From assembly GCA_030390025.1 (NCBI GenBank), contig CM059431.1, positions 115,942,001-116,006,000 on the forward strand: DNA of 64,000 nucleotides, in the 5' to 3' direction. Below the pieces are notes generated by a model, which was not told the DNA's origin, did no database searches, and saw only the letters and a list, made by a program, of their open reading frames with translations. Within the stretch, counting starts at the first letter, position 1, and every line of letters begins with the position of its first letter. This DNA comes from Squalus acanthias. Taxonomy: Eukaryota. The position numbers and the translations under genes were made by a program. Positions 1 to 9,436 of the stretch are shown piece after piece.

Positions 1-87
1 TTCTAAACTTCTCTCTGATATAAATGGAATTTTCCTGGCTTCTTCAAGCATACGTTTTTTCCTCTTCTGAAAGCAACCTTGCTGTGT
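1..87 (-). CDS. Candidate internal exon of an unidentified host gene (runs off the window edge)
   Basis: Minus-strand acceptor cttttacctttctttctgttcag| ends at 88. Only phase 0 is open to the edge: TQQGCFQKRKKRMLEEARKIPFISERSLE. Non-repetitive context. Confidence 0.5.
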
Positions 88-624
88 CTGAACAGAAAGA
101 AAGGTAAAAGCCAAGATCAAATGGAATTTGACCTGTCAATCACTTCTTCACCAATCCCACTTATCAAAAGGCCTTTAACCCTTGTTGTATCTAATTCAAT
201 CAGCTGTCATTGTTGATGGCCTGTGTTAAGCCCTACTGTCTACAGAAGCCATCTTTAAAATATTTCCACTTATCACCTACTGTCGACAGTTGTGAACAAG
301 GTGAAGAGCAAGCTTTTGCTCTGACCTATTATCATCAAAAGGCTTTCTCAGGAACTATACCAATTTAGGTGCTTATTAACTGGGAAATGTTTCCAAGGCT
401 GAGTGGTCAACCTTGCTTCCTTGGCCAATTGTTCATTTATTGACCCCAGCCTGATCTCCTTTCAGTATCAGCACCTTATAAAACGGAAGCAGTCTTGCAT
501 TTATAAGAAGCTCAGTAGATTCAAAACATGTTTTGTCTCTATCCTTTGGGTTGCACTCAGCGGGAAAGCTAAATGAGTTGCAGCAAAAATCAGTGTTGTA
601 ACCTAAATTGTTTCTAATTCATAT

Positions 625-964
625 CAATCACATGGATTCAGAACCTCAATGCAAAGTGGTAGAATTTGCAGATGGCATCAAAATAGGAGGGACAGCTGGA
701 GCTTTGTAGGCAACTTGAAAACTGCAAAATAAATTGGATGAAATGGGCAGTCTAATCACCAGTGAGATTTAATACAGACAAGTGTAAAGTATTGCACACT
801 GGGGACACAAGTGCCCCATGAATGGTGTCAACATAGCTCAAGATCAAGTTGAATGGGATCTAGGGGTTTTAATAGAGTTGATACTCCACGTGTGCAGTCA
901 CTGTGGTGAAACATCAACAAAGCAAATAGAATGCTGAAGTATATAACCAAAAAAATAGAGTATA
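625..964 (+). mobile_element. Ancient degraded CR1 ORF2 fragment; continues at ~7388-7765 after nested insertions
   Basis: Residual RT-tail motifs FADGIKIGG and FNTDKCKVLH, ending ...KKIEY. Resumes as ...GRSHLEY at ~7400. Confidence 0.65.
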
Positions 965-1150
965 GGGGAGAAAAATTGGGTATCGCCCATTTTGGGGCGC
1001 TAATATCGGCCGGGCGCAAAGTTTAGCGCCCGGCTTAATTATCGCCTCCGACTGCAAAATTCACCTCTATCGCCCCTGGAGGTGATTTGAGCGCTAAATC
1101 AGGCGCTACAAACCTCTCTTAAGGCGCAAATTCAGGGAGCGAGACACTAC

Positions 1151-1295
1151 CTCAGAACAAACTGTCACAGGACAGAGAGTGAGGAGACTCAGAACAAACT
1201 GCCACAGGACGGAGAGTGAGGAGACTCAGAACAAACTGCCACAGGACAGAGAGTGAGGAGACTCAGAACAAACTGCCACAGGACAGAGAGTGAGG
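1151..1295 (+). repeat. 37-bp tandem array (about 3.9 copies) at the 5' end of the CR1
   Basis: Unit ctcagaacaaactgccacaggacagagagtgaggaga starts at 1151, 1188, 1225 and 1262; copies are near-identical. Confidence 0.95.
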
Positions 1296-1569
1296 CGGAC
1301 CTGGGTGGAGCAACAGCGGCGAGGCGGCGGCGGTAAAAGGCGGCAGCGACCAGGTAGGCTTTCACCAAGCCGAGAGCAGGAGAGAGGTAAAAAATAATCG
1401 AAGTGTGACATCACCAGAAAGCAGGTAAGTGATTGGTTGGTGAGTATTTCTCTTTTTTTTTTATACAAAACTTCAATTTTATTGTTTCTCGGGTATCTGT
1501 GATGTAGCAGAGACTGCTGGCATAAATTAACTGAACAGTAAATAATACATTTTTAATTAATTACATAGA

Positions 1570-2526
1570 ATGGGAGAGCAGGTGATGTGTTACTGCTGCA
1601 ATATGTGGGAGCTGGTGGACACCATTGATGTTCACGGTGAACACATTTGCAGTAAGTGTTGGCTGCTCGAGGAACTCCGGCTCCGTGTTGATGAGCTGGA
1701 GTCCGAGCTTCAAACACTGCGACACATCAGGGAGGGGGAGAGTTACCTGGACTCCGTGTTTCAGGAGGTAGTCACACCAATTAGAGTAACTAATTCAGAA
1801 GTAGCCCGTGGTCAGGGACAGGAAGGTGTGACTACGAGTGAGGCAGGTACAGGGATCCAGGAGGTAGTGTTGGAGGAGCCGCAGCCCTTGCTCTTGTCCA
1901 ACAGGTTCGAGGCTCTTACTCCCTGTGTGGATAGGAGCGGGGACTGCAGGGAGGATGAGCAACCTGGCCACAGCACCGTGGTAAGGGGGGCCATTCAAGA
2001 GGGGGGAGTAAAAAGAAATGTTGTAGTGGTAGGGGATAGTATCATTAGGGGGATAGATAGGGTTCTTTGCAGCCAAGAGCGAGAGTCCCGAAGGCTGTGT
2101 TGCCTGCCCGGTGCCAGGGTTAAGGACATCTCCTCTGGGCTGGAGAGAAACTTGGAGTGGGAGGGGGAGGATCCAGTTGTAGTGGTCCATGTTGGTACCA
2201 ATGACATAGATAGGACAAGGAAAGAGGTTCTGCTGAGGGAGTTTGAGCAGCTAGGGGCCAAATTAAAAAGCAGAACCTCGAGGGTAATAATCTCTGGATT
2301 ACTACCTGAGCCACGAGCAAATTTGGCTAGGGTAAATAAAATCAGGGAGTTGAATGCGTGGCTCAAAGACTGGTGTGGGAAAAATGGGTTTTGCTTCTTG
2401 GGACACTGGCACCAGTACTGGGGCAGGAGAGAGCTGTTCCGTTGGGACGGACTTCACTTGGCCAGTGCTGGGACTAGTGTCCTGGCGAATCGAATAACTA
2501 GGGCTGTGGAGAGGGCTTTAAACTAA
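1570..2526 (+). CDS. CR1 ORF1p: zinc finger/leucine zipper plus SGNH/GDSL esterase
   Basis: CYCC...CSKC followed by a heptad Leu repeat. SGNH blocks VVGDS, LPGA, HVGTND and DGLHL are all present. 318 aa, uninterrupted. Confidence 0.93.
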   Translation: MGEQVMCYCCNMWELVDTIDVHGEHICSKCWLLEELRLRVDELESELQTLRHIREGESYLDSVFQEVVTPIRVTNSEVARGQGQEGVTTSEAGTGIQEVVLEEPQPLLLSNRFEALTPCVDRSGDCREDEQPGHSTVVRGAIQEGGVKRNVVVVGDSIIRGIDRVLCSQERESRRLCCLPGARVKDISSGLERNLEWEGEDPVVVVHVGTNDIDRTRKEVLLREFEQLGAKLKSRTSRVIISGLLPEPRANLARVNKIRELNAWLKDWCGKNGFCFLGHWHQYWGRRELFRWDGLHLASAGTSVLANRITRAVERALN

Positions 2527-2564
2527 TTAGTGGGGGGGAGGTTTCAAGAGAGCAAAAAATAAAA

Positions 2565-5516
2565 ATGACAACAGAGAGGGTCATAGACATAGGTAGCAGT
2601 AGGGGAATCACAAATCAGAGCGTGGCAGGAAGGGACAGAGTGTGTGGAGTAAAAGGTAAACTGGTAAAAAGTGAAAAAGCAGGAACTAAGTGCCACAAAG
2701 CATATTTGAAAGTTCTCTATCTGAATGCACGTAGCATTCGTAACAAAATAGACGAGTTAATGGCACAAATAACTACATATGGTTATGATATTGTGGCCAT
2801 TACAGAAACATGGCTGCAGGGTGACAATGCCTGGGAATTAAACATACCAGGTTATTTAACGATCAGGAAGGACAGGCAGGAAGGAAGGGGAGGTGGGGTG
2901 GCTATGTTAATAAAGGAAGGAATCACTGTAATACAGAGTAATGATATTGGGTCAAAAAATCATGATAATGAAACAGTTTGGGTGGAGATAAGGAATAATA
3001 AGGGGAAAAAAACATTAGTGGGCGTAGTCTATAGGCCTCCGAACAGTTGCAACTCTATTGGACGGAGTATCAATCAGGAAATAGTTGAGGCATGTAATAA
3101 GGGAACATCTATAATTATGGGGGATTTTAACTATCATATTAATTGGACAAATCAAATGGGGCAGGGCTGCCTTGAGGATGAGTTCATTGAGTGTATTAGG
3201 GATGGGTTTCTTGAGCAGTATGTAACTGAACCGACCAGGGGGCAAGCAACCTTAGATCTGGTCCTGTGTAACGAGACAGGATTAATTAAAAATGTCCTAG
3301 TAAAGGATCCCCTTGGAATGAGTGACCATAACATGGTTGAATTCCATATTCAATTAGAGGGTGAGAAGGTTGGATCTCAAACAAGCGTGCTAAGCTTGAA
3401 TAAAGGAGACTATGAAGGTATGCGAGCGGAATTGAGTAGAGTGGATTGGGAAAATAGATTAAAGGGTAAGACGACACATGATCAGTGGTGTACATTCAAG
3501 GAGTTATTTTACAACTTCCAAAAAAAATATATTCCACTGAAAAGAAAAGGGTGTAAAAGAAAGGACAGTCATCCGTGGCTAAGTAAAGAAATTAAGGATA
3601 GTATTCGACTAAAAACAAGGGCATATAAGGTAGCGAAATCTAGTGGGAGGACAGAGGATTGGGAAAACTTTAAAAGGCAGCAAAAAATAACAAAAAGATT
3701 GATTAAGAAAGGGAAGATAGATTATGAAAGTAAATTAGCAAAAAATATAAAAACAGATAGTAAGAGTTTTTATAGTTATATAAAAAGAAAAAGGGTGGCT
3801 AAAGTAAATGTTGGTCCCTTAGAGGATGAGACCGGGAAATTAATGGTGGGAAATATGGAGATGGCAAAAACACTGAATGAATATTTTGTATCAGTCTTTA
3901 CAGTAGAGGACACTAAGAATATCCCAACACTGGACAAACAGGGGGCTATAGGGGGAGAGGAGCTAAACACGATCAAAATCACTAAGGAAGTGGTACTCGG
4001 TAAAATAATGGGACTCAAGGCGGATAAATCACCTGGACCTGATGGCTTACATCCTAGAGTCTTGAAGGAAGTGGCGGTAGGGATTGTAGATGCATTGGTA
4101 ATAATTTTTCAAAACTCCCTGGATTCCGCTAAGGTCCCGGCAGACTGGAAAACTGCTAATGTAACACCCTTATTTAAAAAGGGCAGTAGACAGAAGGCTG
4201 GTAACTATAGACCGGTTAGCCTAACATCTGTGGTAGGTAAAATTTTGGAGTCCATTATTAAGGAAACAGTAACAAGACATTTGGATAATCATAATTTAAT
4301 AGGACAAAGTCAGCATGGTTTTACGAAGGGGAAGTCATGTTTGACAAATTTGCTGGAGTTCTTTGAGGAAGTAACATATAGAGTGGATAAAGGGGAACCA
4401 GTGGACGTAGTGTATTTAGACTTCCAAAAGGCATTTGACAAGGTGCCACACAAAAGATTATTGCTTAAGGTAAAAAATCACGGGATTGGGGGTAATATTC
4501 TGGCATGGATAGAGGATTGGCTATCTAACAGAAAGCAAAGAGTTGGGATAAATGGTTCATTCTCAGACTGGCAATCAGTAACTAGTGGTGTTCCACAGGG
4601 GTCAGTGCTGGGTCCCCAACTCTTCACAATCTATATTAACGATTTGGAGGAAGGGACCAAGTGTAACATATCAAAATTTGCAGATGATACAAAGATGGGA
4701 GGGAAAGTAGTGAGTGAGGAGGACATAAAAAACCTGCAAGGGGACATAGACAGGCTAAGTAAGTGGGCAGAGATTTGGCAGATGGAATACAGCACTGGAA
4801 AGTGTGAGGTGATGCACTTTGGCAGGAAAAATCCTAGAGCAATTTATTATCTTAATGGCAAGAAACTGGAGAGTACTGAAGTGCAAAGGGATCTGGGGGT
4901 CCTGGTGCACGAAACTCAAAAGGTTAGTATGCAGGTGCAGCAAGTGATTAAGAAGGCAAATGGAATGTTGGCTTTCATTGCTAGGGGGATAGAATATAAA
5001 AATAGGGAGGTATTGCTTCAGTTGTACAAGGTATTGGTGAGACCGCACCTGGAATACTGCATACAGTTTTGGTGTCCTTACTTAAGGAAAGACATCCTTG
5101 CTCTCGAGGCAGTGCAAAAAAGGTTCACTCGGTTAATCCCGGAGATGAGGGGGTGGTCATATGAGGAGAGGTTGGGTAGATTGGGACTCTACTCATTGGA
5201 GTTCAGAAGAATGAGAGGCGATCTTATTGAAACATATAAGATTGTGAAGGGGTTGGATCGGGTGGATGCGGGGAGGATGTTCCCGATGACGGGTGAGACG
5301 AGAACTAGGGGACATAGTCTTAGAATAAGGGGCTGCTCTTTCAAAACTGAGATGAGGAGGAACTACTTCACTCAGAGGGTGGTAGGTCCATGGAATATGC
5401 TGCCACAAAAAGCTGTAGAAGCTACAACATTAATTAAATTTAAAACAGAAATAGACAGTTTCCTAGAAGTAAAGGGCATTAAGGGTTACGGGGAGCGGGC
5501 AGGAATTTGGACATGA
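2565..5516 (+). CDS. CR1 ORF2p: APE endonuclease plus reverse transcriptase
   Basis: APE motifs LNARS, ITETW, VYRPP, GDFN, LDLVL and SDH. RT motifs [33 protein letters not shown] and FADD. 983 aa, uninterrupted. Confidence 0.96.
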   Translation: MTTERVIDIGSSRGITNQSVAGRDRVCGVKGKLVKSEKAGTKCHKAYLKVLYLNARSIRNKIDELMAQITTYGYDIVAITETWLQGDNAWELNIPGYLTIRKDRQEGRGGGVAMLIKEGITVIQSNDIGSKNHDNETVWVEIRNNKGKKTLVGVVYRPPNSCNSIGRSINQEIVEACNKGTSIIMGDFNYHINWTNQMGQGCLEDEFIECIRDGFLEQYVTEPTRGQATLDLVLCNETGLIKNVLVKDPLGMSDHNMVEFHIQLEGEKVGSQTSVLSLNKGDYEGMRAELSRVDWENRLKGKTTHDQWCTFKELFYNFQKKYIPLKRKGCKRKDSHPWLSKEIKDSIRLKTRAYKVAKSSGRTEDWENFKRQQKITKRLIKKGKIDYESKLAKNIKTDSKSFYSYIKRKRVAKVNVGPLEDETGKLMVGNMEMAKTLNEYFVSVFTVEDTKNIPTLDKQGAIGGEELNTIKITKEVVLGKIMGLKADKSPGPDGLHPRVLKEVAVGIVDALVIIFQNSLDSAKVPADWKTANVTPLFKKGSRQKAGNYRPVSLTSVVGKILESIIKETVTRHLDNHNLIGQSQHGFTKGKSCLTNLLEFFEEVTYRVDKGEPVDVVYLDFQKAFDKVPHKRLLLKVKNHGIGGNILAWIEDWLSNRKQRVGINGSFSDWQSVTSGVPQGSVLGPQLFTIYINDLEEGTKCNISKFADDTKMGGKVVSEEDIKNLQGDIDRLSKWAEIWQMEYSTGKCEVMHFGRKNPRAIYYLNGKKLESTEVQRDLGVLVHETQKVSMQVQQVIKKANGMLAFIARGIEYKNREVLLQLYKVLVRPHLEYCIQFWCPYLRKDILALEAVQKRFTRLIPEMRGWSYEERLGRLGLYSLEFRRMRGDLIETYKIVKGLDRVDAGRMFPMTGETRTRGHSLRIRGCSFKTEMRRNYFTQRVVGPWNMLPQKAVEATTLIKFKTEIDSFLEVKGIKGYGERAGIWT

Positions 5517-6214
5517 GTCTAGGTTCGGATCGGTCATGGCCCTGTGGGTAGTGGAGCGGGCCCAGGGACTGTGTAGCCTGATTCTGCTCCTATTTCGTGT
5601 GTGCAATTCTGTTAGATGCAGGAGATGTTTCTGTGATAGATAGTAGCTACCGAAGCTCAGGCATTGCCAATTACCATGGAAGCCAGACAGACTGGTGCCG
5701 TCCAGTTCTTAAAGGGGAGGGGCCATCTTGCTTGCCAGCCACACCCTGATCTTTGCAGCCTTGAATCTCGGCCTGGAGAGACCTCAAAAGCAATTGTGTT
5801 GGAAGCACTAATGGATAGGCCCAGGGAAAGAGCTCGGCGCTTAGGAACCTCAAAAGTGGTGCTGAGGGCCAAAACCCCTTAGGACAGCGTTAAAACCAAA
5901 AATTTTGCCGACAAGAAAAGGCAGGAAGGGCCCGCCTTTAAATAGCGCTCCCCAACCCCATCCTGACTTGAAAACGTTCCCCTCTACCTGTCGTTCCGAG
6001 CGGCAGGCGCCAAGGTAGGGGCCGCGACTCAATATCCGGTCTGGGGCACTACCGGGGCGTTGCACGCTTGACTGACGTCACGATCTGCAGGCGCAGGAGA
6101 TCATGGCGGTAGTGTTTAGCGCCGCCACAAAATGACTGGTCAAGTTCCTAGTGCCCCGTTAGCGCCCCCCGGAGGAGGTAAAGGGAGGCGCTAACCAACC
6201 GAATTTTTCCCCCC

Positions 6215-7385
6215 AGGTCTTTAAAATCATGAAAGGTTTTGATAGAATAGATACAGAGAGAGTGTTTCCACTTGTGGGGAAGAGCAAAACTAGAGGCCAT
6301 CAATATAAGGTAATCACCAAAAAATCAAATAGGGAATTCAGAAGAAACTTCTTTAGAACATAAGAATATAAGAACATAAGACGTAGGAGCAGGAGTAGGT
6401 CATTTGGCCCCTCGAGCCTGCTCCGCCATTCAATAAGATCATGGCTGATCTGATCTTGGCCTCAACTCCACTTCCCTGCCCGCTCCCCATAACCCTTGAC
6501 TCCCTTACTTTTCAAAAATCTGTCTATCTCCACCTTAAATATATTCAACGATCCAGCCTCCACAGCTTTCTGGGGAAGAGAATTCCAAAGATTCACGACC
6601 CTCTGAGAGAAGAAATTCCTCCTCATTTCCGTTTTAACTGGGTGCCCCCTTATTCTGAAATTATGCCCCCTAGCTCTAGATTCCCCCACGAGGGGAAACA
6701 TCCTCTCACCATCTACCCTGTCAAGCCCCTTCAGAATCTTATATGTTTCAATAAGATCCCCTCTCATTCTTCTAAACTCCAATTAGTTTAGGCCCAACCT
6801 GCTCAACTTTTCTTTATAAGACAACCCCTTCACCTCTGGAATCAACCTCCCGTGAACCTTCTCTGAACTGCCTCCAATGCAAGTATATCATTCCTTAAAT
6901 AAGGAGACCAAAACTGTACGCAGTACTCCAGGTGTGGTCTCACCAATGCCCTGTACAGTTGTAACAGGACTTCCCTACTTTTATATTCCATTCCCTTTGC
7001 AATAAAGGCCAACACTCCATTTGCCTTCTTAATTACTTGCTGTACCTGCATGCTAACTTTTTGTGATTCATGTACAAGGACCCTCAGATCCCTCTGTACC
7101 TCAGCATTTTGTAATCTCTCCCCATTTAAATAATAAATATTTAAATACCCAGAGAGTGGTGAGAATGTGGAACTCGCTACCACAGGGAGTGGTTGAAGTG
7201 AATAGTATAGATGCATTTAAGGGGCGGTTAGATAAGCATATGAGGGAGAAGGGACTAGAGGGTTATGCTGATAGGTTAGATGAGGAAAGAAGGGAGGAGG
7301 CTCGAGTGGAGCATAAATGCCAGCATGGACTGGTTGGGCCGAATGCCCTGTTTCTGTGCTGTATATCCTATGTAATCCTATGTAA
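6215..7385 (+). mobile_element. 5'-truncated CR1 3' fragment, split by an antisense CR1
   Basis: VFKIMKGFDRIDTERVFPLVGKSKTRGHQYK...RRNFF (to 6355) resumes as TQRVVRMWNSLPQ at ~7146; tail tcctatgtaa repeats. Confidence 0.85.
6356..7137 (-). mobile_element. 5'-truncated CR1 (ORF2 C-terminus plus 3' UTR)
   Basis: ORFs 6462-6782 and 6842-7216 match the CR1 ORF2 tail (LVRPHLEYCVQFWSP; RMRGDLIETYKI); (ttcttatg)n-like tail at 6356. Confidence 0.9.
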
Positions 7386-8212
7386 ACCATATAGTGATCT
7401 GGGCAGATCACACCTTGAGTACAACATCTGACACTGACACACAGGAGATTTTCAAGCCCTGGATGCAGTTCATATCTCTGACTCCTGGCTTCATAGACCT
7501 GAGGTATGAAGGAAGACTGGAGAAACTGGAGCTTTTCAACTTTGAAAGGAGGTGACTGAGAAGTGATCTTCAGATAGTAACTGGTATAGAAAAGGTAGAT
7601 CTGGAGCACTACTTCAAACTAAAGTGGGGCAAAGGGACACAGGTTCCCTGTGGAATGATGTCAGGGATGTCTTCATTATACAAAGAGTGATCAACACATG
7701 GAATAAACTTCCAGGTAGGATAGGGAAGGTCGCAATTCTGGAATATTTTAAGATGGCATTATAGGGGTGGGACTAAGAGTCTTTTTTGCCTTCTTCATCT
7801 GAATCTATCTTGGGTTCATATAAAGAAAAACACTCAGAGTCGAGATATCATTTTTTTTAAATGGACACGTGAAAATGATTGAAGGTTCTAAATCATCAAG
7901 GGACTCAGATGATGATGATGTAACTAGTCAAGCTTTGGTGCCATGTTTAAGACTATGATGTCATTACATATGTATCTAGCAGAGGGAGTGTTTCATGCTG
8001 TTGCAGTTTTGGTAACCTCCTGGGTGAGAAGCAACTCATCCACAAATTAAAACATGTGCTGGAAACTTAAAGATAGATACAGTAGTCTTATAAAAGAAAT
8101 GGTTTCTCTTCAGTTTTATTTAGTACACACTTCTGTATGCATCAATGCTAATGCGGATTAACAAAAGCAGCTCCAGTAGGATAGAGGAACAAAAAACATA
8201 TCTGCTTGAATA

Positions 8213-8663
8213 GCATCTCATCTTTCGTTTAGGCACCCTACAGCCTTCTGGACTCAACATCGAGTTCAACAATTTTAGATCATAACCTCAGCCCCTATCA
8301 CATTTATATTTTATTTTTTCATCCACCCTTTTGTTTGGCCCCCCCTTTTTTTCCCTCCCAGAAGCTGACAGCTGTCCTTCATTCTGCCAGTGTATTTCAC
8401 ACTTCATTTAGCCTCAACCTGTTACATCAACACCTCCTCTTGCCTTGATTATCTCTTAATGTCTCTCAATGTCTCTTAATCTCTCCTTTTGTTCTTTCAT
8501 CCCCTCCCACTTTTCCCAGCTTTATCCTTGCTTTAAATCTATTTCATTTCCTGCTTTTTTCCAGTTCTGATGAAAGGTCTTCGACCTGAAACGTTAACTC
8601 TGTTTCTCGCTCCATGGATGCTGCCTGGCCTGCTGAGTTTTTCCAGCGTTTTCTGTTGTTATT
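8213..8663 (+). mobile_element. 5'-truncated Penelope-like element (GIY-YIG C-terminus plus 3' end/pseudo-LTR)
   Basis: Encodes HLIFRLGTLQPSGLNIEFNNFRS*. Hammerhead at 8563. Flanked by 12-bp TSD tctgcttgaata (8201-8212 and 8664-8675). Confidence 0.85.
8563..8599 (+). ncRNA. Minimal type I hammerhead ribozyme
   Basis: AGTT-CTGATGA-a-AGGTC ttc GACCT-GAAA-CGTT-AACT: stem I AGUU/AACU, 5-bp stem II, palindromic ACGU in place of stem III. Confidence 0.85.
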
Positions 8664-9280
8664 TCTGCTTGAATACAGTTGTTTTGTCAGAACAAATGCT
8701 TAGATTGGTGCGGTAACAATTAGTTGTTTTTTATTTCGAGACGCTCCAAAATATTCCGTCAAAGAATAACGAAAGCAATGCAAGAGTAGATCTTAGAGTG
8801 TAATTGCTACAGCGTGCTTACTCCCATCAGCGGGACACCTAGGGGCTGGATTTTGCCGTTGGTGGTGGGTTGGGGGCGGGTCAGGTGGTTGGCAGGCCCC
8901 ACTCCCGCCTCTGCTGTCAGGCGGGCTTTTTTAAAGCTATTTTGCTGTAATTGGCCAATTGATTCCCAGCGTGTGCGCACTCTGGCCCAATTAGTTTTTT
9001 GGGCCTGAAACTCGCCTCTGATGACGTCATTTCTCCAGCTGCATTTCAGGGCTCCAAGCAGCCTTGGTTCAGTTTCAGCCTCTACACTTGTCCTTGTTTC
9101 TCTTCAAAGTGTTTGGAGCTCGTGGGATGTCTGCTTCAAGGCTCAAGGCCTCACCACGGTTTGATGATGACTCCCTCCATGCTCTGGTGGAGGGAGCCAG
9201 AGCACAAAAGGAGGTGCTGTTTCCTTCCTCTGGGAGGAAAAAACCTCTCCAGCACACCAAAGCTGTGTGGCTGTAAGTTG

Positions 9281-9436
9281 AGAAGTCGCACAACACCAGG
9301 TTATAGTCCAACAGTTTTATTTGAAATTACGAGCTTTCGGAGCGCTGCTCCTTCGTCAGGTACAGTGAGGGAGTACATTGTATAAAACTGTTGGACTATA
9401 ACCTGGTGTTGTGCGACTTCTCATTTTTGGCCACCA
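9281..9436. mobile_element. Penelope pseudo-LTR inverted-repeat insertion inside Harbinger A
   Basis: ~42-bp inverted arms (tgagaagtcgcacaacaccaggttatagtccaacagttttat and its reverse complement). 13-bp TSD tggctgtaagttg (9268-9280 and 9437-9449). Same family as 44091. Confidence 0.85.
9328..9362 (-). ncRNA. Minimal type I hammerhead ribozyme
   Basis: Minus strand reads TAC-CTGACGA-a-GGAGC agc GCTCC-GAAA-GCTC-GTA. Confidence 0.8.

Larger units (their letters stand above)
1151..5603 (+). mobile_element. Apparently full-length CR1-clade LINE with two open ORFs
   Basis: 5' tandem array, ORF1 1570-2526, ORF2 2565-5516 and a CR1-type 3' UTR ending ...ctgctcctatttcgtgtgtg. Confidence 0.93.
965..6214. 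mobile_element. Non-autonomous Harbinger-type element (MITE) split by the full-length CR1 (pieces 965-1150 and ~5604-6214)
   Basis: Terminal inverted repeats (TIRs) ggggagaaaaattggg (965) and ccgaatttttcccccc (ends 6214), with GC-rich subtermini. A related end lies at ~56090-56306. Confidence 0.7.

Noticed and set aside
1151..1295. 37-bp repeats (and the 36-bp repeats at 39424) as a CRISPR array
   Set aside because: Head-to-tail units with no unique spacers, no cas genes, and a vertebrate context.
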